Below, piece after piece: positions 22,154-30,335 of a stretch of 42,634 bases of DNA (positions are counted from its first letter, which is position 1; the number at the start of each line of letters is the position of its first letter). The notes beneath the pieces were generated by a model, which saw only the letters and a program-made list of their open reading frames with translations, had not been told where the DNA came from and ran no database searches. The stretch is taken from contig CAZJEE010000006.1 in the NCBI GenBank assembly GCA_964544985.1, positions 1-42,634 on the forward strand, in the 5' to 3' direction. The position numbers were made by a program, and so were the translations under genes. The stretch is from an uncultured Candidatus Saccharibacteria bacterium (GTDB taxonomy: Bacteria; Patescibacteriota; Minisyncoccia; Minisyncoccales; PWPS01).

Positions 22154-22981
22154 ATGTGTTTATCTAAAAAACTTATACTTATATTTTTTCTTGCCGTTTT
22201 TCTGATATTCCCAATAATTATTTACGGAACAGAAATTAACTGGCCATCAGCTCCACTAACAGGAGTCTCTCTTTCGGATGATTCTGAATTTCACGATCTC
22301 ATCGCTTACACTTATGGGTGGGGAATTGGATTAGGTGGGCTTCTAACGTTTGCAATGTTTGTCGTCGCTGGCATTGAGTGGATGACATCCGGTGGTAACC
22401 CAAGCAAACAAGCAAAGGCAAAAGCAAGAATAACGTCAGTTCTTCTTGGACTAAGTCTTCTTTTGTCTTCTTGGCTGATACTAAATACAATCAATCCTCA
22501 ACTAACTGTCCTCACGCCTCTTCCATCACTCTGGGACGACAACATGTATGAAGATGAAGAACTTCTATATGATGAAAAAGATTTGCCTTGTGAGTTTGTT
22601 GTTTTTTATGAAAAATCTGATTTTTCTGGAACAACGAGCGGTCCCATTTATCCTCAAGAACAAGGCTATACAAACATTAATCTTTTGATGGATTATCAGT
22701 CTGGTAAGGCGTTCCGCCAAATGACCGAAGAAGAAAAAGAAATAGTGGAAAAATTTGGCCCAGATTTTTTCCACAGGAGAGAAATTTATAACAACAACTA
22801 TATTGAACCCGGTCCGTGTATAATTACAATATATGAAGAAAAAAAGGAAGGACTTTTTAAAAAGAATGCTTGTGGAAAAATTATAGGAACAATCACTTTC
22901 CCTAATAAAAACTTTGCACATGCTTTATTTGGAGAAGTTGAGAAAAAAATAACTTGCTTCGTTGTAGAAGATGTTAATTGA
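22154..22981 (+). CDS. VirB2-like pilin hairpin fused to a roughly 150-aa C-terminal domain (275 aa)
   Basis: Signal peptide, then a two-helix hairpin VAGIEWMTSGGNPSKQAKAKARITSVLLGLSLLLSSWLILNTINPQL shared with four other ORFs here. The C-terminal domain contains FVVFYEKSDFSG. Confidence 0.65.
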   Translation: MCLSKKLILIFFLAVFLIFPIIIYGTEINWPSAPLTGVSLSDDSEFHDLIAYTYGWGIGLGGLLTFAMFVVAGIEWMTSGGNPSKQAKAKARITSVLLGLSLLLSSWLILNTINPQLTVLTPLPSLWDDNMYEDEELLYDEKDLPCEFVVFYEKSDFSGTTSGPIYPQEQGYTNINLLMDYQSGKAFRQMTEEEKEIVEKFGPDFFHRREIYNNNYIEPGPCIITIYEEKKEGLFKKNACGKIIGTITFPNKNFAHALFGEVEKKITCFVVEDVN

Positions 22982-24995
22982 TAAAAAAAAATTGTTTTCG
23001 TTATCTACAAAAATAATCTTTTTTATTTTTCTTTTTGTATTAGTTCCAATTGCCGTAGATGGTTTTGCTCTTGACGCAGGAATGATGGCCCTTGATGCTA
23101 TTTCAGAAAAAACAGGTCCTCTAATGACGTTATTTATGGGATCTTACTTTTTCTTTGCAATTAGTCTTATGGGTTTATGGATTAGCACAACCCTTCTCCA
23201 GGCAGTAATTGATATTAGTCCAGAGGCTCTAACTGTAATGGGGGGAAATGCATCAGCAATGGTCCAAGCCGGATGGAGCTTTACTGTTGGAATAGGGAAT
23301 ATGCTCCTTCTTATCGCCTTCGTAGTTATTGCATTAGCAACCATTTTAGGATACGAAAATTATCATCTGAAAAAACTTCTTCCCCGATTAGTTGTCGTCG
23401 CCTTCTTAATGAACTTTACTCTACTTTTTGTTGGACTGGGAATTGATGTCTCTAACTTTCTTTTTAATTCAGTTGCAAAACAATTTTCAGAAGACGGAGG
23501 AAATATACTTTATAATGCCATAAAACCTCTTCTTACTTTGGGTGGAGAAATTAATTTAAAAATTTTTGGTCTTTTTACCAGTATTGTTGTTGCTCTTCTA
23601 GTTCCCTATTTAAATGTTGCAATTCAAGTGGGATGGATACTCTTTTTCCCTACACAGATTTTACCAATTATAATACAGCTTCTTGTTTACGGAATGATTA
23701 TGTTTTTGATGACAGGGACTTTCTTATTTTATTTCGTTGTTTTTGTCGCACGCATATTTATTATCCAAATACTGGCGATTCTTGGTCCTTTGGCCTTCTT
23801 TTCTTTAATCTTCTCTGAAACACAAAAATGGTGGAAAAAATGGTTGGAATACCTTATCCAGTGGCTTTCTGTCGGAGTAATTTTTATTTTTTTAATGTAT
23901 GTCGGTCTTGCTCTTGCTCCATTAACAAGTTCTTTAATTGAACCAGCTGCAGAAGATGCTCCTGCTTTTATTTCAAAGCTTCTAAGTAGCAATCTCATAG
24001 CTCACCTTATTCTTCTTATCTATTTTATGGTTATTCTTAGTGTCGTTAAAAGCTTTATCCCTGATCTCGCAAAAGCAATTGTCGCTCAAGGAACAGCACT
24101 TATTAAAGCAGCTGTCCCTTATGCGGGAGCAATTGGAAGCGGTGGTAAAAAATATTATCAACATCAAATGTCAGAAAGCAAGCCCTTCCAAGATATGATG
24201 TCTGATTGGTCTAAGTCTATCCCCACAACTCCAGGAGGAGGAAATGTTTGGGAAAGAGCTAAAAGTTTTGCTTTGAGAAGAATTGGCACAAGGTTGGGTC
24301 CAGAAATAAGAGAAGCTGAAAAGAAATCCGCTAATGAATTTGCAGATAAATTAAAGGGAGCTTCTCCAGAAAAAATGGCAAATGCTTACAGAAGTGCTAT
24401 GGGAGGAACAGCGGGAGTAGAAAAATTAGGAGCAATTCTTGCCGCCAAAGAGGCTGGTGTTGTGACGGAATTTTTAGAAGGTCTTAAAGACGTTTTAACT
24501 AGTAATGAATTTGATCAAATTTATAAAAAGGCTGAATCTTCTGGTCTAAAGAGTGACCTTAAAAGAGCTCTCCCTGTTCATTTTATAGAACATGAAACAA
24601 GAGGCCTTTCGGGTGCTAATAAAGAACAAAAAATTAAAGAACTTGTATTGGGAAATCTTAAGGGAGATAAAATGGAAAAAGCAGCACCTCAAATCGTTGA
24701 CGCAATAAATAAAGGAACCACAGAACAGCAGAGTCTTGGTCATCAATTTATGAAAGCAATTATGGAGTCTCAAGACACCTCTTATTTAAAGAACTTCATC
24801 AAGGGGTCTAGTGGTGTCAGTGGTGTTAAAGTAGCAGATGAATATCTTGGTGCGTGGGCTGCAGCAGCAGGAAGAAATCCAAACAACCCGGAACATCTCT
24901 ATAATGCACTAAAAGAAATTAATCCTCAGATGGCAAAAGAGATAAGAACTAGACCTGGTAATATTCTTCTTAATGTAAAACCTCCAACACCATAA
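22971..24995 (+). CDS. VirB6/TrbL-like polytopic membrane protein with a roughly 300-aa soluble C-terminal domain (674 aa)
   Basis: Many TM helices. The segment KLLPRLVVVAFLMNFTLLFVGLGIDVSNFLFNS is paralogous to one in the 25479 ORF. Its position next to VirB3/VirB4-like genes supports the call, which rests on architecture and context. Confidence 0.55.
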   Translation: MLIDKKKLFSLSTKIIFFIFLFVLVPIAVDGFALDAGMMALDAISEKTGPLMTLFMGSYFFFAISLMGLWISTTLLQAVIDISPEALTVMGGNASAMVQAGWSFTVGIGNMLLLIAFVVIALATILGYENYHLKKLLPRLVVVAFLMNFTLLFVGLGIDVSNFLFNSVAKQFSEDGGNILYNAIKPLLTLGGEINLKIFGLFTSIVVALLVPYLNVAIQVGWILFFPTQILPIIIQLLVYGMIMFLMTGTFLFYFVVFVARIFIIQILAILGPLAFFSLIFSETQKWWKKWLEYLIQWLSVGVIFIFLMYVGLALAPLTSSLIEPAAEDAPAFISKLLSSNLIAHLILLIYFMVILSVVKSFIPDLAKAIVAQGTALIKAAVPYAGAIGSGGKKYYQHQMSESKPFQDMMSDWSKSIPTTPGGGNVWERAKSFALRRIGTRLGPEIREAEKKSANEFADKLKGASPEKMANAYRSAMGGTAGVEKLGAILAAKEAGVVTEFLEGLKDVLTSNEFDQIYKKAESSGLKSDLKRALPVHFIEHETRGLSGANKEQKIKELVLGNLKGDKMEKAAPQIVDAINKGTTEQQSLGHQFMKAIMESQDTSYLKNFIKGSSGVSGVKVADEYLGAWAAAAGRNPNNPEHLYNALKEINPQMAKEIRTRPGNILLNVKPPTP

Positions 24996-25012
24996 TAAAA
25001 AATATAGAAATC

Positions 25013-25432
25013 ATGCTTAAAAAATACACGCAAAAAGAATATCATGATTTGTACGAATCTCTCCCTAAAAAAATGCAACATCTTTTTTGGGAAGATGATA
25101 TATCAAATCGTATTGAAAAGATATCTGAAAGATTTGAATTAACTAATAAAGAAATATGGCGAATTACTGAAATTATTGCTCATCTTTTTTTGGGAATTCT
25201 TCCTCCCGAGCACATCAGCTCAGTGATTCAAAAAGAAATTATCTTAAAAGAAGATTTTTCCAAGAAACTTGCGACCGAAGTTATCCGCTTTATAGTTTAT
25301 CCAACTCAACATCTTTTGAAAGAGGTTTATAGTGCCGAAGACTTTCAAAATATTGGAACAGAAAAAATCAATGAAGCAAAAAAGTTTAATAATAGAAAAG
25401 AAGAAGATCTTTATAGAGAACCCATAGATTAA
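25013..25432 (+). CDS. Small soluble protein ending in LYREPID (139 aa)
   Basis: Paralogous to ORF 26990. Both share the ...G-x-LP-x-E... core, a KK-rich tail and a C-terminal YREPI motif. No known family recognised. Confidence 0.6.
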   Translation: MLKKYTQKEYHDLYESLPKKMQHLFWEDDISNRIEKISERFELTNKEIWRITEIIAHLFLGILPPEHISSVIQKEIILKEDFSKKLATEVIRFIVYPTQHLLKEVYSAEDFQNIGTEKINEAKKFNNRKEEDLYREPID

Positions 25433-25478
25433 AAATGTCCTTGACAATAGGGCTATTAAAATAATAAACTGAAGGGAG

Positions 25479-26987
25479 ATGATAAAAAAAATAAAAGAAA
25501 AAAAGATAATTCTCGGAGTTCTCTTGGTTTTAATGATTGTCTCTCTCCCTCTTTTCTTCGCTGACGGAATCACAAATATTGGAGAGCTAACCGCCAGTGC
25601 AATTACTGGAGTGTTTCTCCTTACTACAGCTACTATTTCTTTCGTTTTTTCTACATTTGCAGATTGGTTTTTAAGAATAACTCTTAGTCCAGAATTTATT
25701 AATGTTCCTTATACTCCTGGAGGGGCAGGAGGAGGAAATGAATTTGTCTTCTATGGATGGAGTATTGTGAGAGATTTTGTTAACATGTTCTTTATTTTAA
25801 TTTTAATAATCATCGGACTTTCTACATCATTACAGTTTGAAACTTACAAGTGGCAAAAAACACTGCCTCGTCTTGTTCTTGTTGCGCTCCTTGTAAACTT
25901 TACTCCCGTCATCTTGGGAGTGTTTATCGATTTTACTAACTCGATGATGAACTACTTTGTCGCATCTATTGCCGATGAATCATTTTTTATCGCCAGAATA
26001 GGTAGGCTTTACGAAACCATGGCTTCGAATTTAGCGATTGCCAAATGGACAAGTTATACTGGAGAAATAATCACTCCAGTAGCAATGATGGTTATCTTTA
26101 CTTTGTTCAATCTTTTTACCGGAATTATCTATTCTCTTTACGGAGCTTTATTTGCCTTACGCTATGTCGCTATCTGGCTTCTTGTTATTATCTCTCCTTT
26201 TGGTCTTTTCTGTTATATCCTTCCTGCAACACAACCATTTTTTAAAACATGGCTCAGATGGTTTGTTGGGTGGTGTATTGTAGGAATTACGGGAGCATTC
26301 TTTCTCTATCTTGGAGAAATAATGTTTCAGGCAAGTGCTAGTAATATAACTGAAGAAGTAATGATGCCATCAGTTACTAAGTATCATGAAATGGATATCG
26401 GAGCGTTCATTGAAGTTTTCCCACTCCTCATACCCCTTTTCTTTATCTTCTTTGGTTTTTTAGTTTCTCTATCTATTGCGTCCCTAGGATCAAAAGGAAT
26501 TATTGAAACCTTTCAAAGGGCATCCGGCTCTGCAAGAAAAGCAGCTTCTCAACTGCCCGGATCTACTTTTAAAGAAAAAACAATGGCCGCTTCTGCTGCT
26601 GTTAAAAATGCTTTTAGCCCTGGACCCATGTCTTCTCCGCTCTCTTCGGGAAAATCTTCAGATAAACCTTCTTTTGGTTCTGCAAAAAGTGGAATGCTCC
26701 ATAAGCGTGATATATCAGCTGGTACCTCTAATTCAGGTATAGGAATGAGAATGCCAATAACTGAAACAGCATCTATAGCAAGCGGAGGAATGGAAAATGC
26801 AACAAAAAATATTGCCGCTGAATTTAGTGAAAAAGCAAAACAAAAGCCAGATTCATTAAAGATTGACTCTGCTGGAAAACAACAAAATCAAGCCGACAAA
26901 AAATGTAGTGGTTGTGGAGCAACTGTTAGTGGTGACGCCACATTTTGCCCTCTCTGTAGAAAAAATGTATTACCACAAAAAGAATAA
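25479..26987 (+). CDS. Second VirB6/TrbL-like polytopic membrane protein with a disordered tail and C-terminal zinc ribbon (502 aa)
   Basis: KTLPRLVLVALLVNFTPVILGVFIDFTNSMMNY is paralogous to the 22971 ORF. It has a Ser/Gly/Ala-rich tail and a terminal CSGCGATVSGDATFCPLCRKN. Confidence 0.55.
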   Translation: MIKKIKEKKIILGVLLVLMIVSLPLFFADGITNIGELTASAITGVFLLTTATISFVFSTFADWFLRITLSPEFINVPYTPGGAGGGNEFVFYGWSIVRDFVNMFFILILIIIGLSTSLQFETYKWQKTLPRLVLVALLVNFTPVILGVFIDFTNSMMNYFVASIADESFFIARIGRLYETMASNLAIAKWTSYTGEIITPVAMMVIFTLFNLFTGIIYSLYGALFALRYVAIWLLVIISPFGLFCYILPATQPFFKTWLRWFVGWCIVGITGAFFLYLGEIMFQASASNITEEVMMPSVTKYHEMDIGAFIEVFPLLIPLFFIFFGFLVSLSIASLGSKGIIETFQRASGSARKAASQLPGSTFKEKTMAASAAVKNAFSPGPMSSPLSSGKSSDKPSFGSAKSGMLHKRDISAGTSNSGIGMRMPITETASIASGGMENATKNIAAEFSEKAKQKPDSLKIDSAGKQQNQADKKCSGCGATVSGDATFCPLCRKNVLPQKE

Positions 26988-26989
26988 AC

Positions 26990-27418
26990 ATGAATAAAGA
27001 AATAGACATTATTAACTTACAAGAAGAATATCCGGAATTTTTTGAAGCATTCTCTTCAGAGATTATTGAATTTGTCCTAAGCAAAAAAACTTCACAAAAA
27101 ATTGCCAATATCTGTATTGAAAATAAAATTACCGAAAAAGATTTGGTAGAAGGCATTGCTTTTCGCATCACCTATGTAATTTTTGGAAAACTTCCTAAAG
27201 AAAATCTTATAATAACCCTTAGAGACGGGCTAGAAATAAGTGAAGAAAAAGCAAAAAAGATATCAGAAAGTGTTGATAAAATAATTTTTTCCGAACTAGA
27301 AAGAATAAAGAATAAAAAAGATAAAGATATTGAAAAAAAAACCATTAAAAATGAAGAATCAGCTAAAATTGTAAAAGATGATTTTAAGAAAGACGCCTAT
27401 CGAGAGCCGATAGGATAA
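26990..27418 (+). CDS. Small soluble protein ending in AYREPIG (142 aa)
   Basis: Paralog of ORF 25013, in the same position immediately after a VirB6-like gene. Confidence 0.6.
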   Translation: MNKEIDIINLQEEYPEFFEAFSSEIIEFVLSKKTSQKIANICIENKITEKDLVEGIAFRITYVIFGKLPKENLIITLRDGLEISEEKAKKISESVDKIIFSELERIKNKKDKDIEKKTIKNEESAKIVKDDFKKDAYREPIG

Positions 27419-27423
27419 CTATA

Positions 27424-27834
27424 ATGCAATATAAAGTACCAAGACACGTAGATTATAAAGCCAAGATTGTTGGCCCAGCAACTTTTTCACAACTGTTATA
27501 TATCGGCGCAGCTGGTCTTGTCGTTCTTTTTTTATATTTCATTATGGGAGGATCTCCTTTTTTCCTTCCTATTGCAATTATCTTGGGAGCAGGAGGAGTA
27601 TCGCTCGCTTTTCTTCAAGTTGCAGGACAACCCCTTCCGGAATATGTTAGAAAAATGATTCTTTTTAGCATCTCTTCAAGAGAATACATCTGGGAGAAAA
27701 AAATTATTCCTCTAGAAGAAGCTTTTCCAAAAAGAATGAAAATTGTTCCCGAAGAAACAAAAGAAGAAGGCGGTCCTAAGTCAAAGAAAAGAGGAAGTCT
27801 TGGAGATATCGCTAGCAAGATAGAAACATTTTAA
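27424..27834 (+). CDS. PrgI-family (VirB3-like) T4SS membrane protein
   Basis: An N-terminal MQYKVPRHVDYKAKIVGPATFSQLLYIGAAGLVVLFLYF followed by a second TM helix is the typical PrgI/VirB3-like signature of Gram-positive-type T4SS. It lies directly upstream of VirB4. Confidence 0.7.
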   Translation: MQYKVPRHVDYKAKIVGPATFSQLLYIGAAGLVVLFLYFIMGGSPFFLPIAIILGAGGVSLAFLQVAGQPLPEYVRKMILFSISSREYIWEKKIIPLEEAFPKRMKIVPEETKEEGGPKSKKRGSLGDIASKIETF

Positions 27835-27857
27835 TTTTTTCTTCTAACTAAAATATT

Positions 27858-28484
27858 ATGGCGCCAAAAAGTGCACAAGATTTTATCCCCATCAAGCAAG
27901 TAAGAGATGGTATTATAATCCTTAAAAACAAGGGACTTAGATCAATTCTAATGGTTTCTTCTATTAATATTGCTCTTAAATCAAGAGACGAACAAGAAGC
28001 CATTCTTTATCAATTCCAATCCTTTCTAAATTCTCTTGATTTCCCCTGCCAGATTGTAGTGCAATCAAGAAAAACAAACATCACCGGCTATATCGAAAAG
28101 ATAAAAAAATTAGAAGAAGAGCAGAAAAATGAACTTTTAAAACAGCAAACTGCTGGTTACAGAGAATTTTTGGAAGAATTTGTTACTAGAGAGTCTATTT
28201 ATACTAAAAACTTTTTTGTTGTTGTGCCTTATTCTGTTCCCGCAATAGGAGGTTCAAAAAAAACCACAAAAGGAACCATTAATTTAAATGAAGATAGTTT
28301 TCAGAGAGGAAAAGATCAACTTTACCAAAGAATGGAATTTGTTGCTCTTGGTCTTCGTCGTTGTGGTTTACACTGTGCTCCTCTAACGACAATTGAAGTT
28401 ATCGAGCTTTTCTGGTCACTCTTCCATCCGAAAAGTGCGGAGAGTGGATATTATCCAGAGTTTCCTGAAGAGTTAACATCATAA
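27858..28484 (+). CDS. VirB4-family N-terminal domain encoded as a separate ORF (208 aa)
   Basis: FIPIKQVRDGIIILKNKGLRSILMVSSINIALKSRDEQEAILYQFQSFLNSLDFPCQIVVQS matches the N-terminal region of Gram-positive VirB4-type ATPases. It stops 4 nt before the ATPase ORF, in a different frame. Confidence 0.6.
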   Translation: MAPKSAQDFIPIKQVRDGIIILKNKGLRSILMVSSINIALKSRDEQEAILYQFQSFLNSLDFPCQIVVQSRKTNITGYIEKIKKLEEEQKNELLKQQTAGYREFLEEFVTRESIYTKNFFVVVPYSVPAIGGSKKTTKGTINLNEDSFQRGKDQLYQRMEFVALGLRRCGLHCAPLTTIEVIELFWSLFHPKSAESGYYPEFPEELTS

Positions 28485-28488
28485 AAAT

Positions 28489-30285
28489 ATGGGATTATTA
28501 GAAGATTTTAAAACATTAATTGGAAAAGGAGAAAACAGTTCTTCTTCTGAAGAAAAAACAAACTCGCTGAGAATCGTGGATGTTATTGCTCCTTCTTCAA
28601 TTCAAGAACTCCAAGGACAACTCCGCGTAGAAGAAAAGTTTTCAAGATCGTTTTTTGTTTTTTCTTATCCTCACTACATTACCGCTGGATGGGTTTCTCC
28701 AGTTATCAATCTTAATGTCCAACTAGATATATCTTTCTTTATTCATCCAGCAAGTACGGAAGATATTTTAAAGAAACTTCGTAAAAGATTAACAGAAGTA
28801 CAGGCAGAAATAATGGACACTGAAGAAAAAGGGCTGGTAAGAAACCCCATGCTCGAGACTGCTTATCAAGACATGGAAGAGTTAAGAGATCGCCTACAAT
28901 CCGCGCAAGAGAGAATGTTTTACTTTGGTCTTTACATCACAATCTATGGAGATTCTGAAAAAGAGATAGAAGAAACAGAAAGCGTATTAAGGTCTATCTT
29001 TGAATCAAAGGTTATTTATGTCCGTCCTGCTCTCTTCCAACAAGCGGCTGCTTTTACCAGTACATCCCCTTATGGAATGGATCTTTTACAAACTCATACT
29101 CCGATGAACACCGAACCACTTTCTAGTATCTTTCCTTTTATCTCTTTTGATCTAACGTCTTCTGATGGAATCCTTTACGGAGTAAATAAGCACAACCGCT
29201 CTCTTGTTCTCTTTGATCGCTTCTCTTTAGAGAACGCGAACGCAGTAATCTTTGGTACTTCTGGTGCTGGAAAATCTTATCTTGTTAAGCTCGATGTGCT
29301 TCGTTCTTTAATGAGTGGAATAGAAGTTATTATTGTCGACCCTGAAAACGAATACCGGACTCTTGCCGAGTCTGTCGGAGGTGCTTTCTTTAATATATCT
29401 CTTGGTTCATCACACCAAATTAATCCTTTTGATATTCCTATTCCAGGAGAAGGAGAAAGCGCTGCAGAAGTTTTAAGAACAAACACAATCAATCTTGTTG
29501 GACTCTTGCGTATTATGTTGAAAGGTCTCGGTCCTGAAGAAGATGCTCTCATCGATCAAGCAATTACCGAAACTTATGCTGCAAGAGATATCACCCCCGA
29601 GAGTGATCCTAATACTTGGGCGGATAAAGTTCCTTTACTTTCTGATTTAGAACAAATTTTAGAGTCTATGGAGGGAACAAGGCCACTTGTATTGCGCCTG
29701 AGAAGATTTACTCAAGGAACATACTCTAACTTTTTTAATCATCACACTAATATTTCGGTTGAGAACAATCTTACGGTTTTTGGTATTAGAGATCTTGAAG
29801 ACGAAATGAGACCTATCGCAATGTTTATTATCATGCGCTATATCTGGAAAACGGTCTCCTCTTCTCTGAAAAAAAGATTATTTGTGATTGATGAGGCTTG
29901 GCTGATGATGCAGAATGAAGATGGAGCATCTTTCCTTTTCGGTCTTGTAAAGAGAGCCAGAAAATACTGGCTTGGAGTTACTACAATTACTCAAGATGTT
30001 TCTGACTTTATGCAATCTGGTTACGGAAAACCAATTGTTACTAACTCAGCGCTAAAAATACTTTTAAAACAGTCTTCAGCAGTAATCGATATGATCCAAA
30101 AAGTTTTTAATCTTACAGAAGAAGAAAAATTCATTCTTCTTGAAGGAGAAGTAGGAGAGGGAATTTTCTTTGCTGGACAAAAGCACGTAGCAATCAAGAT
30201 AACCGCGTCTTACACAGAAGATCAGATTATTACCTCTTCGCCGGAAGAAATAGAAAAAATGAAAAAAGCAAAAGCTCGGTTTTAA
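28489..30285 (+). CDS. virB4: VirB4-family T4SS ATPase (middle and C-terminal ATPase domains)
   Basis: Walker A GTSGAGKSY, Walker B RLFVIDEAWLMM, and downstream TTITQDVSDF. It starts with the YP...GW segment that normally follows the VirB4 N-domain. The 208 + 598 aa total about 800 aa, the usual VirB4 length. Confidence 0.85.
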   Translation: MGLLEDFKTLIGKGENSSSSEEKTNSLRIVDVIAPSSIQELQGQLRVEEKFSRSFFVFSYPHYITAGWVSPVINLNVQLDISFFIHPASTEDILKKLRKRLTEVQAEIMDTEEKGLVRNPMLETAYQDMEELRDRLQSAQERMFYFGLYITIYGDSEKEIEETESVLRSIFESKVIYVRPALFQQAAAFTSTSPYGMDLLQTHTPMNTEPLSSIFPFISFDLTSSDGILYGVNKHNRSLVLFDRFSLENANAVIFGTSGAGKSYLVKLDVLRSLMSGIEVIIVDPENEYRTLAESVGGAFFNISLGSSHQINPFDIPIPGEGESAAEVLRTNTINLVGLLRIMLKGLGPEEDALIDQAITETYAARDITPESDPNTWADKVPLLSDLEQILESMEGTRPLVLRLRRFTQGTYSNFFNHHTNISVENNLTVFGIRDLEDEMRPIAMFIIMRYIWKTVSSSLKKRLFVIDEAWLMMQNEDGASFLFGLVKRARKYWLGVTTITQDVSDFMQSGYGKPIVTNSALKILLKQSSAVIDMIQKVFNLTEEEKFILLEGEVGEGIFFAGQKHVAIKITASYTEDQIITSSPEEIEKMKKAKARF

Positions 30286-30335
30286 TTTTTAAATTTTGTA
30301 TTATAATAAATAAATTACTATATAAAGCTAAATCT

